Of a stretch of 64,000 nucleotides of DNA, positions 1 to 8,514 are shown one piece after another. Origin of the DNA: Gammaproteobacteria bacterium. Its GTDB lineage: Bacteria > Pseudomonadota > Gammaproteobacteria > Ga0077536. The stretch's first letter is position 1; the number at the start of each line of letters is the position of its first letter. The DNA lies in NCBI GenBank assembly GCA_963662545.2, contig CAXXLL010000002.1:2368001-2432000 (forward strand). The letters run 5' to 3'. The notes beneath the pieces were generated by a model, which did not search any database, had not been told where the DNA came from, and saw nothing but the letters and a program-made list of their open reading frames with translations. Made by a program: the position numbers and the translations under genes.

Positions 1-210
1 GTCGCGACGGCTGGTCAGGCAACCGGCAATGATACGCACGTCGTCGGTCAGACTCATGACTGCCGCGTGCTGGCGCCGTAAGTTATCGAGGGTCATGGAT
101 GGAACGAACGGCGCGACCGTTACCGCGCCGGTCTCGCGAACGAAGCCCATGGGCGTGACGTGCGCGCTGCCGTCCTCGTTCGTGGTCGTAATGACGCCCT
201 CGAATATCAT
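1..210 (-). CDS. DUF447-family protein (often linked to H4MPT/C1 genes), runs off the window start
   Basis: Manual translation from ATG at 210: MIFEGVITTTNEDGSAHVTPMGFVRETGAVTVAPFVPSMTLDNLRRQHAAVMSLTDDVRIIAGCLTSRRD; resembles the DUF447 N-terminus. Confidence 0.7.
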   Translation of the reverse strand, partial: MIFEGVITTTNEDGSAHVTPMGFVRETGAVTVAPFVPSMTLDNLRRQHAAVMSLTDDVRIIAGCLTSRRD

Positions 211-251
211 CACTTTAGACGCGTGCCCCACATCGGCTCGACGCCCCGCAA

Positions 252-289
252 TGGCTGCAATAAACCAGCTTGATGGCTGTCATAAATCA
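252..289 (+). promoter_or_regulatory. Tandem candidate enhancer (UAS) boxes for a sigma54 activator
   Basis: TGGCTGCAATAAACCA (252-267) and TGGCTGTCATAAATCA (274-289), 22 bp apart; the same TGGCT-N6-AACCA motif lies upstream of the second pqqA. Confidence 0.5.
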
Positions 290-412
290 ACCCGCTCCGG
301 CTCCGCCGCACCGCTGTCCGTGGATGCTTGAGGAAACCTGATTGGAGTATATAAGCGTTTGTTATTACTAGCATTTTATCAGCCACGACGACGGGCGTAG
401 ACCGCGTGTGCT

Positions 413-428
413 TGGCACACAACGTGCA
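413..428 (+). promoter_or_regulatory. sigma54 (-24/-12) promoter of pqqA-C-D-E
   Basis: TGGCACACAACGTGCA = GG-N10-GC with TGGCAC core. Confidence 0.7.
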
Positions 429-520
429 AGCATGATGCCGTCGGCAACCGCTCCGGAAGCGGGCGCCGTGCGGGGAGTGAATATTCCCCGTCCTTCTAAG
501 CAATGATAGGAGCATAAAAA

Positions 521-595
521 ATGCAGTGGGATATTCCCTCCTACAACGATGTTCGCTTCGGCTTCGAAGTGACGATGTACATTAACAACCGTTAA
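521..595 (+). CDS. pqqA: PQQ precursor peptide (copy 1)
   Basis: MQWDIPSYNDVRFGFEVTMYINNR; ExxxY core; AGGAG RBS upstream; directly before pqqC. Confidence 0.96.
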   Translation: MQWDIPSYNDVRFGFEVTMYINNR

Positions 596-605
596 TGTCG
601 CCCCT

Positions 606-633
606 CCGAAGGACCGCAGCCGCGGTCCTTCGG
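606..633 (+). terminator. Strong hairpin after pqqA (partial terminator or mRNA stabiliser)
   Basis: CCGAAGGACCGC-AGCC-GCGGTCCTTCGG, perfect 12-bp stem, weak U tail. Confidence 0.6.
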
Positions 634-699
634 GCTTTGAATTCAACTAGCCCCCGCGGCTGACGTTTCCCGCCCCCTTTCACCGACGATCGATCCATC

Positions 700-1455
700 T
701 TGGCTCAACTCGCCGTCAAGACACCGCCAAAATCGGATTCAGCGCCCTGGTCCCGGGACGAGTTCGAATACCGCCTGCGCGACAAGGAACGTTTTTATCA
801 TATTCACCATCCCTATCACGTGCGCATGAACAAAGGTGACCTGGATAAGGACGCGATCCAGGGTTGGGTCGCCAACCGTTTCTATTACCAAACCAGCATT
901 CCCGTCAAGGATGCCGCGATCATGGCGAACTGCCGCGACCGCGAGGCCCGCAGGTTGTGGGTCCAGCGCATCATTGATCACGACGGCGTCGAGGGTGATG
1001 ACGGCGGCATCGAAGCGTGGCTGCAACTCGGCCAAGCCGTCGGATTGTCGCGCGAAGCGTTGATCGACGAGCGCCACGTGCTGCCGGGCGTCCGCTTCGC
1101 CATCGACGGCTACGTGAATTTCGCCCGCACGGCAACCTGGGAGGAAGCGGCCTGTTCTTCATTGACCGAGCTCTTCGCGCCCAAAATTCACCAACGGCGC
1201 CTGGACAACTGGCCAGAAGTCTACCCGTGGATCAAACCACAAGGATACAACTATTTCCGCAAGCGGCTGAACGAAGCGCGGCGCGACGTGCAACACGGAC
1301 TGCGGGTAACGCTGGTCCACTTTTCGACCCGTTCCGAACAGGAATATGCTTTGAACATCCTGCAATTCAAGCTCGACATATTGTGGACGATGCTGGATGC
1401 CATGTGGATGGCCTATATCGAGAAGATGCCGCCCTATCATTGCTGTTCGATGTAA
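700..1455 (+). CDS. pqqC: Pyrroloquinoline-quinone synthase
   Basis: [43 protein letters not shown] motifs. Confidence 0.96.
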   Translation: MAQLAVKTPPKSDSAPWSRDEFEYRLRDKERFYHIHHPYHVRMNKGDLDKDAIQGWVANRFYYQTSIPVKDAAIMANCRDREARRLWVQRIIDHDGVEGDDGGIEAWLQLGQAVGLSREALIDERHVLPGVRFAIDGYVNFARTATWEEAACSSLTELFAPKIHQRRLDNWPEVYPWIKPQGYNYFRKRLNEARRDVQHGLRVTLVHFSTRSEQEYALNILQFKLDILWTMLDAMWMAYIEKMPPYHCCSM

Positions 1456-1467
1456 TGTTCGCGTCCC

Positions 1468-1731
1468 ATGCCTGACGACCGCGTGCCATGTATCACCTCG
1501 ATGTTTCGCTTGCAGTGGGAGCAGGCACAGGATTGCCACGTCCTGCTCTATCCCGAAGGCATGGTGAAGCTGAGCACCAGCGCCGGCGAAATACTCAAGC
1601 GCGTCGACGGGCAGAATTCGGTCACTGTTATCATCGACGACCTCAAGTCCGTGTTTCCCGAAGCGGATCTGGACGACGATGTGCTGAAATTCCTGGAGCA
1701 AGCGCGTGACAACGGCTGGATCAACATCTGA
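1468..1731 (+). CDS. pqqD: PQQ peptide chaperone
   Basis: [23 protein letters not shown] motif; lies between pqqC and pqqE. Confidence 0.95.
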   Translation: MPDDRVPCITSMFRLQWEQAQDCHVLLYPEGMVKLSTSAGEILKRVDGQNSVTVIIDDLKSVFPEADLDDDVLKFLEQARDNGWINI

Positions 1732-2869
1732 CATTTCCGGCAAACCGCTCTGGTTGCTCGCCGAGCTCACCTATCGCTGCCCGCTGCAATGCCCATATTG
1801 CTCGAATCCACTCGATATCGCCCGTGTCGAACGTGAGCTCGATACCGATGAATGGATTCGAGTTCTGCGCGAGTCGCGCGCGATGGGGGCGATGCAACTC
1901 GGCCTCTCCGGCGGTGAACCGCTGATCAGACGGGATCTCGAGACCATCATTGCCGAAGCACGCGACCTTGGCTATTACAGCAATCTAATTACCTCCGGCG
2001 TCGGCATGGATAGCGATCGGGTCGCCCGCTTCAAGGAAGCGGGTCTCGACCACATCCAGATCAGTTTTCAGGCGAGCGACGAGGAACTCAACGATTACCT
2101 CGGCGGCACACAGAGCTTCCAGCATAAACTCGACATGGCGCGCGCCGTCAAGTCACAGGGCTACCCCATGGTCCTGAACATCGTGATCCACCGCCACAAC
2201 ATCGATCAGATCGAGGACATCCTGCGCATGACCATCGATCTTCAGGCGGATTACGTCGAACTCGCCAGTACCCAGTATTACGGATGGTCGAAACTGAACG
2301 TCGATACCCTGCTGCCGACACGCGCACAGCTGGAAGCGGCGGAAGCCGTGGCCCATCGCTACCAGGAGCGCATGAAGGATCGCATGAAGATCATCTACGT
2401 CGTTCCGGACTACTACGAGAATCGTCCCAAAGCGTGCATGAACGGTTGGGGCTCGATCTTTCTGACCATTGCACCGGACGGCACGGCACTGCCCTGCCAC
2501 GCCGCCGCCCAGCTTCCGGGCCTGGAATTCCCCAACGTGCGGGATCACTCCATCGAGGCGATCTGGTCGGACTCAGATGCGTTCAACCGCTTTCGCGGAT
2601 TCGATTGGATGCAGGAACCATGTCGGAGCTGCCCGGAAAAAACCAAGGACTTCGGCGGATGCCGCTGCCAGGCCTACATGATGACGGGTGACGCGACGGC
2701 GGCCGATCCCGTTTGTGACAAATCTCCGCACCATGCGGAACTCGTGAGTGAAGTGGAACGCATCGAACGGGTGGCGACCGAAAAACCCGCCGCCACGGAA
2801 CGCCCCTTGATCTTTCGCAACATGCGCAATTCACGCAAACAGATGCGAGCATCGAGCGAAGCTTCTTAA
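1706..2869 (+). CDS. pqqE: Radical SAM/SPASM PqqA peptide cyclase
   Basis: [20 protein letters not shown]; KACMNGWG; [13 protein letters not shown]. Confidence 0.97.
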   Translation: MTTAGSTSDISGKPLWLLAELTYRCPLQCPYCSNPLDIARVERELDTDEWIRVLRESRAMGAMQLGLSGGEPLIRRDLETIIAEARDLGYYSNLITSGVGMDSDRVARFKEAGLDHIQISFQASDEELNDYLGGTQSFQHKLDMARAVKSQGYPMVLNIVIHRHNIDQIEDILRMTIDLQADYVELASTQYYGWSKLNVDTLLPTRAQLEAAEAVAHRYQERMKDRMKIIYVVPDYYENRPKACMNGWGSIFLTIAPDGTALPCHAAAQLPGLEFPNVRDHSIEAIWSDSDAFNRFRGFDWMQEPCRSCPEKTKDFGGCRCQAYMMTGDATAADPVCDKSPHHAELVSEVERIERVATEKPAATERPLIFRNMRNSRKQMRASSEAS

Positions 2870-2915
2870 ACCGATGAAATTATTTACCCGCAAGCGCTCT
2901 TCATAGAGCGACTAA

Positions 2916-3011
2916 ATAAAACCACAGAGATCACAGAGAACACGAAAAGAAAAAATAATAACCGTACACCTGCCCTATTAATTTTCTTTCTCCGTGTTCT
3001 CTATGGTTTAT
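2916..3011. repeat. AT-rich imperfect inverted repeat (REP-like ACCACAGAG...CTCTATGGT element)
   Basis: ATAAAACCACAGAGATCACAGAGAACACGAAAAGAAA pairs imperfectly with TTTCTTTCTCCGTGTTCTCTATGGTTTAT; lies between convergent pqqE and folP. Confidence 0.55.
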
Positions 3012-3070
3012 TGCAATTGAATCTGGGAACCAGAGGCTTAAGCGCGCATCTCTGAGCGACGGCTATGCCG

Positions 3071-4055
3071 CTATGTCGAATCAGCTGCCCGGCGGCAGGC
3101 CCAGGCGACGTCGGCTGCCTGCCGATTCTGCTTGACGTCGTGCACGCGAAACAGCCGTACGCCGGCAGCCACCCCCATCGCGGTCGTGGCACAGGTTGCA
3201 CAGTCTCCCCACAAATCGCGCCCATGAATCGTTTTCGGCTGGTGCCGAGCATGACCGGGATCCCGGTCGCTACCAGCCGATCGAGCCGTTCCAGCAGCTT
3301 CAGGTTATGACCCCGCGTTTTGCCGAATCCGATCCCCGGATCGATGCACCGACCAGTTCGCCATGCTCAGTCTCCCCACAAATCGCGCCCATGAATCGTT
3401 TTCGGCTGGTGCCGAGCATGACCGGGATCCCGGTCGCTACCAGCCGATCGAGCCGTTCCAGCAGCTTCAGGTTATGACCCCGCGTTTTGCCGAATCCGAT
3501 CCCCGGATCGATGGCAATCCGCTGCGGATCCACACCGGCGCGAATGGCCAGGTCGGCGCGTCCGACCAAGTACGCTTCGACCTCGCTGACGACGTCCTCG
3601 TAAGTCGGGGCAAGCTGCATCGTCTCAGGCGTTCCCTGCATGTGCATCAGCACGATCCCGGCACCGGATTCAGCGGCCAGTTCGAGCATCCCGGGAGTAC
3701 CGCCAGCCGAAATGTCGTTGATCAACCGAGCGCCGGTATCAATAGCCCGCGCCGCCACGCGCGGGCTGCGGGTATCGATGCTGATGAGAACGTGGGGCGG
3801 TAGGCGTGACGCAAGCGCGGTGAGCACGGGGATCACGTGCTCGATCTGGACGCCTTCGTCGACACCGGGGGAGCCGGGTCGGGTCGATTCACCGCCGACA
3901 TCGACGATATCGGCACCGTCGGCGACCATGCTGACGGCATGAGCGCACGCACTTTCGAGCGTATCGAAGCGCCCGCCATCCGAAAAACTGTCTGGCGTCA
4001 CGTTCAGAATACCGACGATCAAAGGACTGCCGTCTTCGCGGATCGCTTTGAACAT
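3071..4055 (-). pseudogene. folP: Dihydropteroate synthase, disrupted by a 148-bp internal duplication/insertion
   Basis: GILNVTPDSFSDGG, DVGGESTRPG, DPGIGFGKT, GTSRKRF; removing 3202-3349 restores ...ELVGATCATTAMGVAAGVRLFRVHDVK...stop at 3071. Confidence 0.85.
3201..3513. repeat. 146-bp identical direct repeat (3201-3346 and 3368-3513)
   Basis: Direct comparison; 21-bp spacer; TGCAC at both junctions (3197-3201, 3345-3349). Confidence 0.95.
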
Positions 4056-4092
4056 CAGCTATCGTGCCCGAGCAGGCGTACAGGACAGCACA

Positions 4093-5112
4093 CTAAGAAC
4101 CGGAGATCGCGAGCGCCATGCCGTCGGTCGCCCTGACCAAGGCGTCCTTCATCGGTCGCTCACTCGAAAGGTGGCCCGCGGTACGTACGATCTCGAGATT
4201 GGATTCGGGGATCGCGCCGTGGATCACCCAGGCGGCATCCGCAGTACAGGTCAGATCCCGCGCCCCATGCACGATCGTGACCGGCACCCGGGGAATTCGA
4301 TCCGCCCTGTCGACGAGCTGATTTTCAGCAAAGAAATACGCGTGCTTTGCATAATGCAATTCGATGCGGGTCTTGGCGATCGCCGCGGTGAGGTCACCGT
4401 TGGCATCCTCACCGGCCTGGTCGATCGAGAACATGACGACAGCTCCCGACCAGGCTTCCCAGGCGCGTGCGATGCGCTCAACCGTCGCGGCATCATCGGA
4501 AAAAACAGCGGTATGAAGAAATGCCACCAATTCATGCGGGTCGTGCGCTTGCACACGATCGACGAACTCCCGCCACTGCCGCGGAAGAAAGCGCCTCGCC
4601 CCGTCGTGAAAAAACCAATCGACGTCGCGCTTGCGCGCCAGAAAGGTACCTCTCAGTATCATCCCGAGCACGCGGTCCGGTAATGCCTCCGCGTAGGCGA
4701 GCGATAGCGCCGCGCCCCACGAACCGCCGAAGAGTACCCAGGCATCGATGCCAAATCGCCCGCGGACGGCTTCCATGTCGTCGATGAGTGCCGCTGTGTC
4801 GTTGTGTTCCACCGAGCCAAAGGGCCGCGAACGGCCCGCCCCGCGCTGATCGATCAGAATGATGTTGTAGCGCTTGGGGTCGAAAAACTGCCTGTGATCG
4901 GGTTTACAGCCCGAGCCGGGACCGCCGTGCAGGAACACCACGGGTATCCCGGAGGAGTTCCCGCACTGCTCCACGTAGATCTCATGCCCGTCCCCGACTA
5001 TGAGGTGCTCGGCGACGACGGGCTCGCAGTGAGGATAAAGCAGGCGCAAGTAGATTGGCTCGATGGATCCGATGCAGTTCCCAACGTCAAAGCGCGGTAA
5101 GGTAAAAGGCAT
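4093..5112 (-). CDS. pip: Proline iminopeptidase
   Basis: LHGGPGSG, DQRGAGRS, FGGSWG, MILRGTFL motifs; the true start may be downstream. Confidence 0.92.
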   Translation of the reverse strand: MPFTLPRFDVGNCIGSIEPIYLRLLYPHCEPVVAEHLIVGDGHEIYVEQCGNSSGIPVVFLHGGPGSGCKPDHRQFFDPKRYNIILIDQRGAGRSRPFGSVEHNDTAALIDDMEAVRGRFGIDAWVLFGGSWGAALSLAYAEALPDRVLGMILRGTFLARKRDVDWFFHDGARRFLPRQWREFVDRVQAHDPHELVAFLHTAVFSDDAATVERIARAWEAWSGAVVMFSIDQAGEDANGDLTAAIAKTRIELHYAKHAYFFAENQLVDRADRIPRVPVTIVHGARDLTCTADAAWVIHGAIPESNLEIVRTAGHLSSERPMKDALVRATDGMALAISGS

Positions 5113-5145
5113 TCGGACAACGCGGATCGCGCCGCCTCACACCCC

Positions 5146-6123
5146 TTAAAGCTCTTTCAGGATTTCCTCTTTACGCCGATTGAAATCGTCGTCGGTGATC
5201 AAGCCCTTGGCAAGCAGTCGCTGAAGCTTTTCCAATCGGTCCTCGACCGACTGCAATGAGACCGCGCCGCTGGTGTTTTGCATTTCCTTGATCTCCTTGC
5301 GCATGCGCGCCATCTCCTGGCGCATCTCACGGCGCTCCAGCGTCAATCTCGCAGCTGTCGCCTTGGCCTTGAGTCCTTCCGTGCGGACGGCGACGGGGAT
5401 TTGCGACTCGCGAAACGCCAAGGCCGCTTTTTCGATGTCGAGGACGACCCAGTCAGGCCGAATCTTGCCGTTTTGATGGAGTTCGACGCCTTCGGTAGTC
5501 ACGATGCGGCCCGGCATCTTGCCTTTGCTCCTGCGGGTGCCCATCTGAAAATGCACGTCGCGGAAATCGTCGATGATCCCGAACGACGCCTCGACGTTCT
5601 TCTTTCCCTTGTCCAATCGCTTGCGGTACTCGCCGATGATCAGATTGAGCTTCCCTTCCCGGTAAAACATGCGACCCGTCGTCCATTCCCTGCCTTTTGC
5701 GAGCGACAGCATGACGTCGGCATAACCGCGGAGATTGAAGGTGACGTCCTCGTCCGGCGCGGCCTTGACCAGGGCTTCGGTGACGTAGCGCGCGATCTGG
5801 GCCGCCTGCTTACGCGGATACACGGCGACCGCTTCTTCGTCGCGCAGAATGCCACCAGCGACCCACAGCCGCAGCGAGGAGAGTGCCTGCTCCACTTCTA
5901 TCGCTTCGAGTGCAACGGGATGTTCGTTCGGTGGCGCTCTTTTTTCGATACGCACGAGACGCACGTATTGTTCTTCGAGTTCCCAGATCGTGGCGTTGAC
6001 CTGCTCGTGTTCGAAGAAACTGGGAATGAGGTCGAAGGCGTGCGCCACCATCGGCAACGCCAGCAACCCAAGGCCACCGATCACGCGCCGCACGCGTAAC
6101 GCCGGAAACTCGAAACCAATCAT
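5146..6123 (-). CDS. Exported hypothetical protein with C-terminal coiled coil and SHOCT domain
   Basis: Signal peptide ending AHA; C-terminal RLEKLQRLLAKGLITDDDFNRRKEEIL. Confidence 0.7.
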   Translation of the reverse strand: MIGFEFPALRVRRVIGGLGLLALPMVAHAFDLIPSFFEHEQVNATIWELEEQYVRLVRIEKRAPPNEHPVALEAIEVEQALSSLRLWVAGGILRDEEAVAVYPRKQAAQIARYVTEALVKAAPDEDVTFNLRGYADVMLSLAKGREWTTGRMFYREGKLNLIIGEYRKRLDKGKKNVEASFGIIDDFRDVHFQMGTRRSKGKMPGRIVTTEGVELHQNGKIRPDWVVLDIEKAALAFRESQIPVAVRTEGLKAKATAARLTLERREMRQEMARMRKEIKEMQNTSGAVSLQSVEDRLEKLQRLLAKGLITDDDFNRRKEEILKEL

Positions 6124-6263
6124 TGATTCAGGACGTTGAAACTGCCATCCGGATGGGTTGCCGCATTATAGCGAAGCACTCTTTCTTTCTAAACAGATGC
6201 GCGATGATGCGCCACATCGAGCATTCAACCCCAGATTCACGAATCGAGTTCCGCCGGCCCCCC

Positions 6264-6294
6264 AAAAAAAAAGGCGCATCCGCGGATGCGCCTT
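6264..6294 (-). terminator. Rho-independent terminator of the porin gene
   Basis: Palindrome AAGGCGCATCCGCGGATGCGCCTT running into a 9-nt T tract on the minus strand. Confidence 0.85.
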
Positions 6295-6332
6295 GAACAC
6301 AGTTAGAAGTGTTCTGCGTGGTCTGGCGGTGC

Positions 6333-7694
6333 TTACCAGAACAGGAAGCCGCCGACGCTGAAGGTATCCGCTTCGGGATTCACTGGTCCGCCCGCGTCCA
6401 ATTCGCCATGGTTGAACTCGGCGATGAGCCTGAGCCAGCTGCTGACGTCATGATAGACGCCGATCGTCCACAGCGATCGCTCGATGTGTCCGCTACCCTG
6501 TAAAGCCGTCGCGCCGGCATTGTCCAGATTGCCTTCACCATAGGAAACGCCGACCTTGGTCTTGCCGTCGAAGGTGTAGGTGCCCTGGACGTAGTAGCCG
6601 TCGCCCTCACGTTCGATGATGTTGCCGCTCGAATCGACGGCAACTGCCAAGGAATTGAACTGAGCCGTCAAACCCAGGCCCTCGTTGTCGTGGTAGTAAC
6701 CAACGAACTCGAAGCCCGCCATGCCGGCCTTGACGCCGGCGCCGTAGGCACTGGCCGTGAGACCACCGCAGTTGACGGGGGTACCACCAACGATCGTAGC
6801 GCTGGGACCGGTGCAGGTCGAATCGATCTCCTGCCACAGGCCGTCGAGCCAACTGACCTTGAAGTTGCCGCCCGAGAAACTCGTCGAGTAGCTCACTTCA
6901 CCCTCGAAGCGCGGCGTGTCGGTTTCGTCGAGCAGGCCACCCGTCCCGTTACCGAGGGTAATGCCCGAAATCACGCCGCCGCCGCCACGAAAATCGATGG
7001 TGCTCGGATCATACAGGCCGATCGCGATCTGCAGGCCGTTCATATTGGGGGTCGTGTATTGGAAGCGCGCCGTGAAATCCGGATAGGTATAGCCGTGGCC
7101 GACGCGGCCGAAGGTGACCGAGCCGAAGTGATTGGCGCCGGGAGCGAAGCCGACGCCGAACAAGGTCATGTCGTTCAGGATGGCCTGGCGTCCGAACAGC
7201 GACAGGGTCCGGCCAAAGCTGAAAGTGCCGAACGCGCCTTCGAGGTTGGCAAGCACTTCACGAGTGTCGATCGTGGCGCCGTTGATGCCGTCGAGCGCAC
7301 CACCTGCTAGGGGTGTGCCCGTCCCGAATGAGCTGTTGCCCTGCTGGCTGAACTGCGTCTTCGCACCGCCCGTATGAATGACCGGTGCAAAACTGATGCG
7401 ACCGGTACCGGTCAGACCACCCACAGTCGGTGACTTGACATTGAAGCTGAAGAAAGCGGGCAGGAAGCCGGAGTGGACGCGCGAGTTGTCGGAATCCGCG
7501 GGTGCAGTCACGTAACCGGCGTCGTAATCCCCGACCGTGTAAAACGCGTTGACGTTGCCGTCGAAGCTCACCTCCCAACCGTCATTGCCGCCGACGACGA
7601 CGACAGCACCGGCCGGTGCACTCAGACCTGCACCGAGAACAGCAGCGCTCACTGCCGCGGCAATTCGGGTCTTAGATAGTTGATTCGCCATCAC
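6333..7694 (-). CDS. Outer-membrane porin
   Basis: Signal peptide, beta-strand pattern, SGFLPAFFSFNVKSP, C-terminal GGFLFW. Confidence 0.85.
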   Translation of the reverse strand: MMANQLSKTRIAAAVSAAVLGAGLSAPAGAVVVVGGNDGWEVSFDGNVNAFYTVGDYDAGYVTAPADSDNSRVHSGFLPAFFSFNVKSPTVGGLTGTGRISFAPVIHTGGAKTQFSQQGNSSFGTGTPLAGGALDGINGATIDTREVLANLEGAFGTFSFGRTLSLFGRQAILNDMTLFGVGFAPGANHFGSVTFGRVGHGYTYPDFTARFQYTTPNMNGLQIAIGLYDPSTIDFRGGGGVISGITLGNGTGGLLDETDTPRFEGEVSYSTSFSGGNFKVSWLDGLWQEIDSTCTGPSATIVGGTPVNCGGLTASAYGAGVKAGMAGFEFVGYYHDNEGLGLTAQFNSLAVAVDSSGNIIEREGDGYYVQGTYTFDGKTKVGVSYGEGNLDNAGATALQGSGHIERSLWTIGVYHDVSSWLRLIAEFNHGELDAGGPVNPEADTFSVGGFLFW

Positions 7695-7703
7695 TTCACT
7701 CCT

Positions 7704-7731
7704 AACTCTAAAAACTAAACTCTAAAAACTA
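7704..7731. repeat. 14-bp tandem duplication in the porin leader
   Basis: AACTCTAAAAACTA x2. Confidence 0.85.
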
Positions 7732-8017
7732 AGGCTTAATGTCAAAGGGCCTTAAAAACTCTTGCTGTTTTTCTTAATCCCGCTTGACCGGCATCCCCCT
7801 TCTTCTACTTGCCGGGCCAAGGCCCGCGCGCGGACCACTTTGGCTTCCAACGGGATATCACAGAACGGCCACGATTCTAAACAAAAAAGAGCGTCATGCC
7901 AACACTTTTGCAACAAAAAAGGCGCGCACGGATGCCTGTTTAATAGGAATGTGTCATTTAAGCAACGTTAGCCAGCCACGTCGGCCCGGTGCCTGCCCGG
8001 CGCACAGACCCAGTGCC

Positions 8018-8323
8018 CTAGCCGCCGCCCTTCTGAAAGGCCCGGTGAAAGCGCTCGAGAAAGGCATCGCGCTCGCTTTCAGCAAAATTCTCGAAACGGA
8101 ATTCGAGGTCGAGGTAGATCAGCCGCAGTAGGGCGATTTTCCGTACTTTTTCTTCTGAAAGCACTATTTGCAGGCGCTTTCCTCCCTCCCATTCGACCTT
8201 GACCCGCAAACCGTCGCGCTCGACGGCGGCACCCTCTACGACGCGCGGAAAAATTCGGTGAAAGTCTCGGTGGGAAATCCCCATGCCCCGTTGTTCGACG
8301 ATGTCCTCAGGCTCATCTCCCAT
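8018..8323 (-). CDS. Small hypothetical protein
   Basis: MGISHRDFHRIFPR...FLERFHRAFQKGGG; same strand as, and downstream of, the aor cluster. Confidence 0.65.
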   Translation of the reverse strand: MGDEPEDIVEQRGMGISHRDFHRIFPRVVEGAAVERDGLRVKVEWEGGKRLQIVLSEEKVRKIALLRLIYLDLEFRFENFAESERDAFLERFHRAFQKGGG

Positions 8324-8352
8324 GCTGTTTCGTGTCCGCTGCTCTGATTTAG

Positions 8353-8514
8353 GGAACCTCTGAAAAAATCATGGCACATCTGCCTGGCCCATGAAATCGC
8401 GGAGCCTTGACCGACGAACCTTGCCCATGGTCACCGCTATGGCCGGCGATTCGTGCCTTGATCTGCGCCATTGCATGAACCATTCAGACGCACCATGACT
8501 TATTCAGAGGTTCC
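8353..8514. mobile_element. MITE family A, copy 1 (IS5-like TIR GGAACCTCTGAATAA)
   Basis: GGAACCTCTGAAAAA...TTATTCAGAGGTTCC; flanks TTAG/TTGG; interior shared with four other copies. Confidence 0.88.

Noticed and set aside
3201-3513. Repeat-spacer-repeat as CRISPR or DGR template/variable pair
   Set aside because: The copies are identical folP coding sequence, with no adenine-specific differences and no reverse transcriptase in the window.
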